Below, piece after piece: positions 1 to 9,500 of a stretch of 64,000 nucleotides of DNA; positions within the stretch are counted from its first letter, which is position 1; every line of letters starts with the position of its first letter. The translations under genes and the position numbers were made by a program. The notes under the pieces are model-generated. The model saw only the letters and a program-made list of their open reading frames with translations, was not told where the DNA came from and did not search any database. The stretch is from an uncultured delta proteobacterium (GTDB lineage: Bacteria > Myxococcota > B64-G9): the NCBI GenBank assembly GCA_963754925.1, contig CAVWHX010000004.1:1024001-1088000 (forward strand), read 5' to 3'.

Positions 1-2
1 GT

Positions 3-890
3 TTTGAGTACTATCCCAATTTTCGACATTTCTCCTTTGCCATAGAGGCCAATATTGAATATCTCCCCTTGCGGGATCATGATATTGCCGTTGTCGTCTA
101 TCCCATGATCCGGTACACCTTTGGGCTAACAGAAGCAAAAACCGTTAAACCGATACAGGATCGCGATCATGATGGCGTGCCCGACGATGAAGATGAATGC
201 CCCGATGTCCCGGGGCCGGTGAGCAACAAGGGTTGTCCTGAGAAAGACACCGACGGCGATGGGGTGCCCGACCGCGAGGACAAATGTCCGAATGAGCCTG
301 GTCCGGCATCTAATGATGGTTGCCCTTTAATCCAAGATCGTGATGGAGATGGTGTTCCCGACAACGTCGATCGCTGCCCGGATCAGCCGGGTCCGAAAGA
401 GAACGACGGCTGTCCGCTGCCAGACAGGGACGGGGATGGCATTCCGGATAATATCGACAAATGCCCCGACGTCAAAGGCCTGCCTGAATACGACGGCTGC
501 CCGACCAAGGATGCAGTCAAAGTCAATGTTAAGCGTGACTCCATAGAATTGCGTGAAAAGATCCACTTTGAAACCAACAAAGCCGTGATCATGCCAGACT
601 CTTTTGCTCTGCTCCACCAGGTCGTGGCTACGCTGGTGCAGCATCCGGAGATTCTTAAATTGCGGATTGAAGGCCATACCGACTCGGTTGGTACCCGCCC
701 GTATAACCTCGCTCTCAGCCAGCGTCGAGCTCAATCGGTTGTCGAGTACTTGGTAAACAAGGGAATCGACCAGACGCGGCTGTCATCCCAAGGCTTCGGC
801 ATGGAAAAACCCATTGCCTCCAACAAGACGGAAGAAGGCCGCAGCCAGAACCGCCGTGTGGAAATGATCATTCTCCAACGTGCCGATTAA
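3..890 (+). CDS. OmpA-family outer membrane protein with thrombospondin type-3 (TSP3) repeats; 5'-partial
   Basis: Frame is open from nt 3 (FEYYPNFRHFSFAIEAN...PMIRYTF), followed by four DxDxDGVPDxxDxCP repeats and an OmpA C-terminal domain (IHFETNKA, IEGHTDSVG, LSQRRAQSV, GRSQNRRVE). Confidence 0.9.
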   Translation, partial: FEYYPNFRHFSFAIEANIEYLPLRDHDIAVVVYPMIRYTFGLTEAKTVKPIQDRDHDGVPDDEDECPDVPGPVSNKGCPEKDTDGDGVPDREDKCPNEPGPASNDGCPLIQDRDGDGVPDNVDRCPDQPGPKENDGCPLPDRDGDGIPDNIDKCPDVKGLPEYDGCPTKDAVKVNVKRDSIELREKIHFETNKAVIMPDSFALLHQVVATLVQHPEILKLRIEGHTDSVGTRPYNLALSQRRAQSVVEYLVNKGIDQTRLSSQGFGMEKPIASNKTEEGRSQNRRVEMIILQRAD

Positions 891-971
891 CAAGTATTCC
901 CTATCATTGACTGAAGATTGAATTCATAGTTAATCTACCTCTAGGCTTGTGGGGACGGAGAGAGAAAACGG

Positions 972-2333
972 ATGATCCGCTTCGTCAGTACGAATCGGCA
1001 GACACCGGCTGTAAATCTCGGCGAAGCCCTGCTCCTGGGTCAGGCTCCGGACCAGGGGCTCTTCATGCCCGAGGAGCTGCCGTGCTTCTCGAAAGAATTC
1101 CTTCGCCAGGCCAAGCACCTCAGTTACCCGGAACTGGCCACGGCGATCCTGGCGCCCTACGCGGAAGGCGTCTTCACCTTCGAGACACTCTCTAACATCT
1201 GCCAGGACGCCTATGACTTCCCGGTGCCCCTGGAGCAGGTGACACCAAAGCGCCACCTGATGCGTTTGGATCAAGGCCCCACGGCCTCGTTCAAGGATTT
1301 TGCCGCGCGCTTTATGGGTCGTGCCCTCGGAAGGCTGGTGCGGGACAAAGGGCTCAGAGCTTTGATCCTCACCGCCACCTCCGGCGATACCGGCAGCGCC
1401 GTTGCGCACGCCTTCCTGGGCGTAGCCGGCATCCAGGTGATGGTGCTCTTTCCCAAGGACGAAGTCTCCGACCGCCAGCGCAAACAGATGACGACACTCG
1501 GCGGTAACGTGGCCACCCTGGCCCTGGATGCCAAGTTCGATGATTGTCAGGCCCTGGTGAAGCGCGCCTTCGCCGATCCCGATCTGGCGGGCCTGCATTT
1601 GTCCTCGGCCAACTCAATTAACATCGGCCGTCTGCTGCCCCAATCGGTGTATTATGTGTACGCCGCGTCGCGGCTCGCGGATATTGAAATGGGCGAAAAG
1701 GTGGTCTTCTCCGTGCCCAGCGGCAATTTCGGCGATCTCATGGGCGGCGTGCTCTCGTTCAAGAGCGGCCTGCCCGTGGAGCGCTTTGTGGTGGCCACTA
1801 ATGCCAACGATGAGGTGCCGCGCTTCCTAGCCACGGGTACCTATACCAAGATCGAACCCAGCCACGTGTGCATCTCCAACGCCATGAATGTGGGCCATCC
1901 CTCCAATCTGGCGCGGCTCGTGTCCCTGTACGGCGGGCGGATGGACGAGGCGGGCCACCTGCTCCAGGTTCCCGACATGGTTGCTATGCGCCGGGATTTC
2001 TACTCGGTGAGCATCGGCGACGATGAGACGCGGCAGACCCTGGCCAGGGTGCACAAGGAACACGGTATAATGCTCGAACCCCACGGCGCCGTAGGCTGGG
2101 CGGGGCTTAGGCACTTCCTGGAGACGTACCCCGAAGCTGCCAATCTCACCGCCATCTCCCTGGAGACCGCGCATCCCGCCAAGTTCCCCGATGAAATCCG
2201 CGTGGTCATAGGCCAAGATCCGCCCCTGCCGCCGAGCCTCCAAGGACTGGACAGCAAGCCGGAACAATTTGTTGAAATGGCTACGGAGTATGACGAATTC
2301 AAAGCCTATCTTCTGAAGGAATACCGTTTATGA
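972..2333 (+). CDS. thrC: threonine synthase
   Basis: PLP-lysine motif GPTASFKDFAARF, TATSGDTGSAV, SANSINIGRLLPQ, VPSGNFGD, ETAHPAKF. Confidence 0.95.
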   Translation: MIRFVSTNRQTPAVNLGEALLLGQAPDQGLFMPEELPCFSKEFLRQAKHLSYPELATAILAPYAEGVFTFETLSNICQDAYDFPVPLEQVTPKRHLMRLDQGPTASFKDFAARFMGRALGRLVRDKGLRALILTATSGDTGSAVAHAFLGVAGIQVMVLFPKDEVSDRQRKQMTTLGGNVATLALDAKFDDCQALVKRAFADPDLAGLHLSSANSINIGRLLPQSVYYVYAASRLADIEMGEKVVFSVPSGNFGDLMGGVLSFKSGLPVERFVVATNANDEVPRFLATGTYTKIEPSHVCISNAMNVGHPSNLARLVSLYGGRMDEAGHLLQVPDMVAMRRDFYSVSIGDDETRQTLARVHKEHGIMLEPHGAVGWAGLRHFLETYPEAANLTAISLETAHPAKFPDEIRVVIGQDPPLPPSLQGLDSKPEQFVEMATEYDEFKAYLLKEYRL

Positions 2334-3559
2334 AGACCGTGATCATCCTGGGCGATGGCATGTCGGACCGCCCCGTGGCCGCCCTGGGAGGCAAAACCCC
2401 TCTCATGGTGGCCCGCAAGCCATACATCGATCGCATCGCCCGGGAGGGTGTCATGGGGCTTTTCGCGACTATCCCCGAAGGCATGGTCAATGGCTCGGAC
2501 GTGGCCAATCTCTCCGTGCTGGGCTACGATCCGCGGATCTGCCTCCAGGGCCGCGGCGTGTTGGAAGCCGCGAGCATGGGCGTGGAATTGGATCCCTCAG
2601 ACGTGGCCATGCGCTGCAATCTGCTGACCCTCGACGGGCAGGGTTGCATTAAGAATCACAGCGCGGGACACATCAGCAGCGGGGAGGCCGCCGTTCTCAT
2701 CCGCGACCTGGACCGGGAACTGGGCGCAGCTGCGGGTGATCGGCCCGCCGTGTTTTACCCCGGCGTCAGCTACCGTCATCTGCTGGTGTTGCCCGGAGGC
2801 TGGGCTTCACCCGAGGTGGACTGTTTTCCGCCCCACGACTACGTCGGCAGGCCCGAGGCGGAACTGTTGCCCAGGGCCAAGACCGCCGCGGGTGAGGGCA
2901 CCGCCACGCGCCTGCTGGAACTCCATCGGCGCGCCAAGACGTTGCTCGCGGATCATCCCGTGAATCGCGCGCGTTGGAAAGGCGGAAAGGATCCCGCCAA
3001 CGCCATCTGGGTGTGGTCTTTGGGACGACGGCCGCAGATGGAGCCGCTCACCACGCGTTTCCACATCACCGGCGCCGTCATCTCCGCCGTGGACCTCATA
3101 CGCGGCATCGGCAAGTATGCAGGCCTGGATCGTGTCCACGTGGATGGCGCCACGGGCCTTTACGACACCAACTACGAAGGCAAGGCTCAGGCGGCCTTGG
3201 AGGCTCTCAACACCCACGACTTTGTCTTCGTCCACGTCGAAGCCACGGACGAGGCGGGCCACGCCAAGGATTTGGATCTGAAGATCAAGTGCATCGAGTA
3301 CCTGGATCGGCGTCTCGTGGGCCCCATTCTCGAGGGCATCCAGGCCAAGGGCTGGGATGCAACCATCGCGGTCCTGCCGGATCACCCTACCCCCGTGGAG
3401 ACCGGCAACCACGGAAGCGATCCCGTGCCCGTAGCGCTGTGGCGCACGGGCATCACGCCCGACGGCAGCAGCGCTTTCGATGAAGTGCAGGCCGCCAGCG
3501 GTTCCCTGGGACTCCTCAAAAACGACGAATTCATCCGTATGGTATTCAATGTCCGATAG
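2330..3559 (+). CDS. apgM: cofactor-independent phosphoglycerate mutase, archaeal type (ApgM / proposed homoserine kinase family)
   Basis: ILGDGMSD, GKTPL, GSDVANLSVLGYDP, HVEATDEAGH, PDHPTP, NHGSDPVP motifs; ATGA overlap with thrC. Confidence 0.88.
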   Translation: MKTVIILGDGMSDRPVAALGGKTPLMVARKPYIDRIAREGVMGLFATIPEGMVNGSDVANLSVLGYDPRICLQGRGVLEAASMGVELDPSDVAMRCNLLTLDGQGCIKNHSAGHISSGEAAVLIRDLDRELGAAAGDRPAVFYPGVSYRHLLVLPGGWASPEVDCFPPHDYVGRPEAELLPRAKTAAGEGTATRLLELHRRAKTLLADHPVNRARWKGGKDPANAIWVWSLGRRPQMEPLTTRFHITGAVISAVDLIRGIGKYAGLDRVHVDGATGLYDTNYEGKAQAALEALNTHDFVFVHVEATDEAGHAKDLDLKIKCIEYLDRRLVGPILEGIQAKGWDATIAVLPDHPTPVETGNHGSDPVPVALWRTGITPDGSSAFDEVQAASGSLGLLKNDEFIRMVFNVR

Positions 3560-3568
3560 GCACGTCAG

Positions 3569-6500
3569 CTAACTTTTTTCCGCTGTGATTATCGCCGCGC
3601 GGAGGGATAGGTATCGCTCGGAGAAAGCGAAGTTGAAGAGGGAGAGCATGTCCGCATCACGCTCGAGCAGGGCGGCGCGATTAGCAATATCTTTAAACTC
3701 TTGCCCAATCGCGACGCTGCTAAAGCGGGTCATTACGCTCAGTGCCGCATTCAAATCTCCGCATGCCAGCAACCCCACCCGATCGGCGGTCCGACGAACT
3801 CCCGTCATCCATCGCTCGAAGTCATGCGACTGTGGATCGTACGCGTAGCGACGGATGAGCGGGATGGTTAACTCGAGTGCTTCTGCTGGAATAGTTCCAC
3901 GGATTGCCTCCAAATATTCCGGCGCAGACGGCGGTAGGAGGAGCGGCGCCTCGATTTCGGGGCATGCCAATCTGACTAACAACGCAAAAAGCTGCAGCAG
4001 GTCCATGCGACTGAACTTAAACAGCAGGACGCAACCCATGGCCACCTTGGCGACCTCACGACTGATCAAAAAGAGCAGCTCAGCGTCCCGGCTCAGTTCG
4101 ACGACCCTGCTCGACAACAGAATGGTCGGCTGTTCGCCGCTCTCGACGAATGCCTGATAGGTCGATTCAGGCGCAACGAGCATCGCGCAGGGCCGGCACG
4201 ATATCAGAAGCTGGGCCTGTTCAGCCATGTCGGCGACCGCTGGAAGTACGCTCGGCATATCGGCTGCTCTCGTAAAGCCGAAGCGTTCGAAATTCGCCGC
4301 GAACAATTGTTCCAGATAGGGTGCGAGCACCATGAGAATGCGCTGCAGCAAACAATCCGCGTCGGTGTGTAAAATGACCTGGTCCCATTCGCTTGCCTTC
4401 AAGGGTCGTTTTGGAAGCGCCGCCAGCCCGAAATGTTTTATGGTGCGGGATGCTTCCGGATCATCGGGGCTGAGAATCTGTAGGCCGGTAAAGTAACCGG
4501 CTGCGCGATCGGCCTCACCGCGGGCCGCCTCGAGCTGCCCCAAGATGCGGTAGTGCGCCGCAGCCAGCGGCTTTGCGTTCAGTAGTTTGCGGAAGATCTC
4601 AATCGCTTCGGGAAGGGTTTCGAAGCTCTTGGCGCAGAGGGCACCGAGCTGGGGGAGTAAATCGCCATGGTGCGGCCGCAGCTGATACGCCTGTTTCAAG
4701 AAAGGGATGGCCCGAAGCGGATCCCGCAGTTGCTCATGGTACAGCTGCGCAAGCTTTAGCAACCGCTCGAAATGGGATTCGTCCGTAAGGCTGGTTTTCT
4801 TTCTGAGACCTAACGCCGTCTCGAGCAGCTCGGCCTGCCGCAGGGTGCAGTGCGCCAACTCGGCTACCCCCGCCGCGCGCTCGTAATGTTCGGCCTTGCT
4901 CGGATCCAAGCTGATGATTTGCTCGAAGTGCGCGAGAGCCTTGAGCGGTTCGCCAGCCTCGATCAACGCCTGGCCGATCTTGTGGTGGATGGTCAGTTGG
5001 TGCGAGAGTTCCAACGGCAACTTCAACAGGCGCTCGGCTTCCTGCTCCAATTCAGCCCCGGCGGTTGTTTGACAGATGAGGTTCCAAAGTTTCCAGTGTG
5101 CCTCGATCAGGTGCGCATTGAGGCGCAACGCCTCGCGATACGCCCGCTTGGCTTGCTCGATGTCTTTGGTGTGAAGCTGGCACCAGTCGCCGAGGAGGCA
5201 CCATCGCTCCGCTGCGCCGTCAGCTGTGGGCTCGTGCTCAAGCTCCTTCTGCATGAACTCGATTGCCTCGGGCCAGCGGGACTGGCTGCTATAGAAGTCT
5301 TTGAGAAGGCGTATGGTCTCCACATCGTTCGGTGCGGCCTGGTGAGCGGCGAGAAAGGTTTGGGCCGCCTCATCGAAACGCAGCAGCCGCCGCTGGGCAT
5401 GTCCCAGTTCCCGCTGCAACGCAGGCGCGAGGTCCTCGAACCCGTCCTGAGGTAGGATGGAGATGAGTTCCTTAAGGTTTTGGATCTCTTCCTCATGGCG
5501 TCCGTGGCTGTGGAGCACGCTGATCAGACGTTGACGCACAGGAGTAAACGTCGGGTTGCTCGCGATCGCGGCTTGGTAATGAGCGATGGCTTCTTCAGGT
5601 TGCTGTGCCTGCTCGGCGAGTTCGCCACGCCGGAACTCCACCACGAACTGCCGTTCGGACGGCACGCGGTCTCCCAAGCGCTCGTCGAGTGCGGCGGTTT
5701 CTTTCCAGTCGTGCTGAGCATAGCGGATGTCGGCCAGCGCTTGTAGCGCACCGGGGTGGTTTGGCTCAAGGGATAAACACTGCTCAAAGTTGACCGCCGC
5801 ACGGTCTTGATCGTGTAAGTGTTCTCGACACACCCTGCCCATCTCAAAACTAATTGCCACCTGCTGCTCGCGTTCGTTCAGCAGCTCGCGTTGTTTTTGG
5901 AGCGTCTCGAAAAGCTCCTCGAAACGTCCTTCTCGGGACAGCCACGTTCCCAACGATTGGTAGAGTTCGATCTGGTCCGGTTCGATGGTGATCGCCTTGC
6001 CTATGGCTTCGATAGCCACGGGAAGGTCTCCGAGGGCTGCAAAACCGTTGGCCGCCTGACGGTATAAAGCGGCTGCCTCGTCGAGCGCGGCAGGGCTTTC
6101 AGCCCAGTCAAACATAAGCTGTGCCAAGGCGCGCTGATCATCCCGCTTCACCTGTAACTGGACCAATTGTTGATAGGCCGACCTGAGTGACGGATCCGCT
6201 GAACGAGCGCGTTCAAAAGCCACTAACGCTTCATCGAGGCGATCGGCTCGTAGCAGCAGTTGACCGAGTCGCAACGATAATGCTGCGGTCGCTCCCGCAT
6301 CACACTGTTCGAGCAAGGCGCTTAACGCCTTGGCCGCTCCATCGTCGTCCTCCAAGTTCTGGAAGCGGTCGACGATCTGCTCCAGTATCTGGTTCCGGGC
6401 GGCCACATCGGTCAGGCGCTGTGCAGCCACGTCGACGGCGGCTGACAGGTAATCTTTCGCCTGAGGGGTCGCACCAGCCGCCTGCGCCCGGCACACCAGG

Positions 6501-9500
6501 GCATTGGCGAGCTCCTGCCACGATTGCTGTTCTTCGAGCAGCACCAGCCAGTCGTGCCAGTACTCGTCCCGTTCGGGCGCCAGGTTGACCGCTTGAGAAA
6601 AAGCCTGTGCGGCGCGATCTGGCTGCGCCAATCGCTGGTGAGCCAAGCGACCGAGCTGATGCCAGTGCTGCGCTTGCGCGGCAGGGTCCTGGGCGCCTTG
6701 AATAAGCAATTCTTGTACTTGAGCCGCCGATTGCCAGTTTTCCTGTTGTTCATAGAGCGCAAACAACCGGGTCGCCAGCGCCTCGTCCGGTGCGATAGCC
6801 AACGCCTCTGCTAACGAAGCCACTCCCTCTTCGGTTCTATCGAGCCGTGAGAGACAGACCTCGGCGTGTTCGAGCAACAGGTTGCGACGTTCTTGAGTAT
6901 CCTCGGTTTCCACAATACACGCTGCGAGGAACTTATCCAAGGGCTCCGGATCGCCATTTTCGCGCAGTAGCGCAAGTATGTTGTCGCGCAGCTCGACGCT
7001 CGGTGCGAACGTATATTCTTTTTGGAAGGCTTGGAGGGCCAGCGAACGGTCGTCCAACTGGTCGCAGGCCACCTGGCCGAGTTCATGCAGCAGGGGGACA
7101 GCCGTGGACGAGTCTGCATCAGCCGCGGCGCACTGCTCGAGCAAATCGGCCAACTCGCGCTGCATGCCAAGCTGGCGGTAGAGCCTCAACAGGTGCTGTG
7201 CCGCCGGGGTGTGCCCACGTTCATAGAGCTCGCGGTAATGCAACACCGCCTGCTCCGGCCGATTCAAGGTGTTTTGGCACAGATCAGCGAGTTCAGCCAA
7301 GCGCGAAATCTTCTCACCGTCGTACGACGCTTGTTGCCATTGATCCTCGAGGACCTGGGCCAGGTGCGACCAGCCCTGGGTGCTGCGCAATATGTGGAGG
7401 AGGTCATCGACGGCCCGTTGGTCGTCGGGCTGCATCTGCACTTGTTCTTCCAGCACGGCGATGGCCTGATCGGGCTGATCGAGGAACTCAAACAAAAGGT
7501 TCGCACGAATACGCCGAATCTCTGGATGACGCTCAAGAAGAACCGTGCTATCAAGCCAGCGGCGGTATAGAAGCTCCAAATCCTGATAACGCTGGTGCTC
7601 GCTGAGGGTGAGCTCCAGGCGTTCGAAAACCTCCGGCTCGATACCGTCGATTCGCTGGGGTGATTCAAGCTCGAGGTACGCCAGATAGTGCTGAGCGGCC
7701 ACCTCGCGCTGCTGCTCCGCCCACGCCGCACGAGCCAGGTCCAACGCGAGGCTCGCCTGATGCTCACGGCGCAACGGCGGCCCCGGCAGGGGTGAAGCCT
7801 GGATGCGGGTGCCGAGGGCCAGGGCATCACGGTACTGGCCGTGGTTGATACGGTAACGGGTCAGTAACAGCAGCGCGGGGCGATAGTATGGATCGACGGT
7901 AAGAGCCTCTTCCCACTGCAGCGCTGCACCCTCAGGGTCATTGAGTCGTAAGCTCAGTATGCCGGCGAGCGCCATGTGCATCGGTATGCGCTCGGCCGCC
8001 GAGGTGAGCTCAATGTGTTGGCGGATTACCCGCGCCACGTCATCCCAGCGAGATACGCGTGCGTACGCCCGCTGCAGCGCGGCCAGGCGCGTTGGTGCCT
8101 CCAGGCTGTCGGGCGCCATTGCAACCGCCTGTTGATAATGCAGTGCTGCCGGTTCGAGTTGTCCGAGACGTTCTCCAAAAAGATCCGCGGCTGCCATGTG
8201 CAGCGCGGCCGCCGCTTCACCCTGCTCGCGCTCGGCGCGTCGGGTGTAAAACTCGGCGAGTTCCTCAAAGCGCAGTTCCTGCTGCAAGAGCATCGGCAAT
8301 AGGGAAAGCGTCTCATCGTCTTCCGGAAGCGTGCGCATGACCGCCTGCAGATGATCGATGGCGCCGGTGGTGTCGCCAAGTTCCAACGCCACTTGTGCTT
8401 GTTGACGGTGCGCGATGGCCAGGTCAGATGCCGGCAGCTCATTGGAGCCGAGCGTCAAAACCTGGTCCAGCGCTTCCTTGGCCTGCGCCCACTCATGGTT
8501 GTGCCGGTGCAAATCGGCCAGGGCGCGATGAGCCGGCAGGAGGCTCGGGGCGAGTGCCAGCGCCGTATGATACGAGCGGATGGCCTCTGCCGATTGCGCC
8601 GGCTGCTCGCCGAGAAGTTGCGCTCGCTCCATCCACGAGCTCACCTGTTCATCAACTTCCCACGAACTGAAATCGAGCGTCGCGATGAGTTGTACGAGTT
8701 CATCCACCCGATCTTCGTCGCGATATATCTGCAGGAGGTGCTGAGCATATGCACGGTTAGTCGGATCGAGTCTTAAGGCCGCCGCAATATCGAGCGCGCC
8801 AGCCTGCGTATTGGAAAGCTGTTCACACAGCAGCCGACCACGCTCAAACAACCAGGCGGCTTGACGCTGCGGATCGGGCTCCGTGGCGGCGCAGCGTGCG
8901 CAGACCTCAACCAACTCGTCGAATCGGCGCTCTTCGCGCAGAATTCGTGCTAACTGGGTCAACACTGCGTTCGAGTCGGGGGTAAGCGTCAAAGCGCGAC
9001 GCAGCACCTGCTGCGCCCGCTCTTGATCGTTCAGGTGTTGCTGTGCAATCTGTGCCGCCTCTAACAGCACGGCGGAAGCTGTGGCCGGGTCAACAAGCAG
9101 AGGAGCCTCGCGGCAGAGCGCCCGAACCACCTCCGGCCAGGACTGTTCGGCCCGCTCGATGCGTTCAAGATCCCGCCAGGCTTCGATGTCGTTTGGCTCT
9201 AGTTCGAGATACCGGGTGAGGCACAGACGCGCCTCTCCGTATCCCTCCGGACGATTGAGGTATATGCGCGCTAAGCGCTGGTTGGCCGATTTAAGGAGAT
9301 CGAGGGGAAGCTGGCTGCTGAGTGGCTGGTGCTCCAATAGTTCAGAAAAGGCCTCGATGGCCCGGTCCGTTTGCTGGAGGGTCTCGGCCAGCACACCAAC
9401 CTTGAAGAGAGCCTGTGGATGGTTGGGCTGCGCCGTTAACACTTGCTCATAGTGCAGCAGCGCGTTGGCTGGATCGACAAGCTGCTCATCCCAGAGTTGT

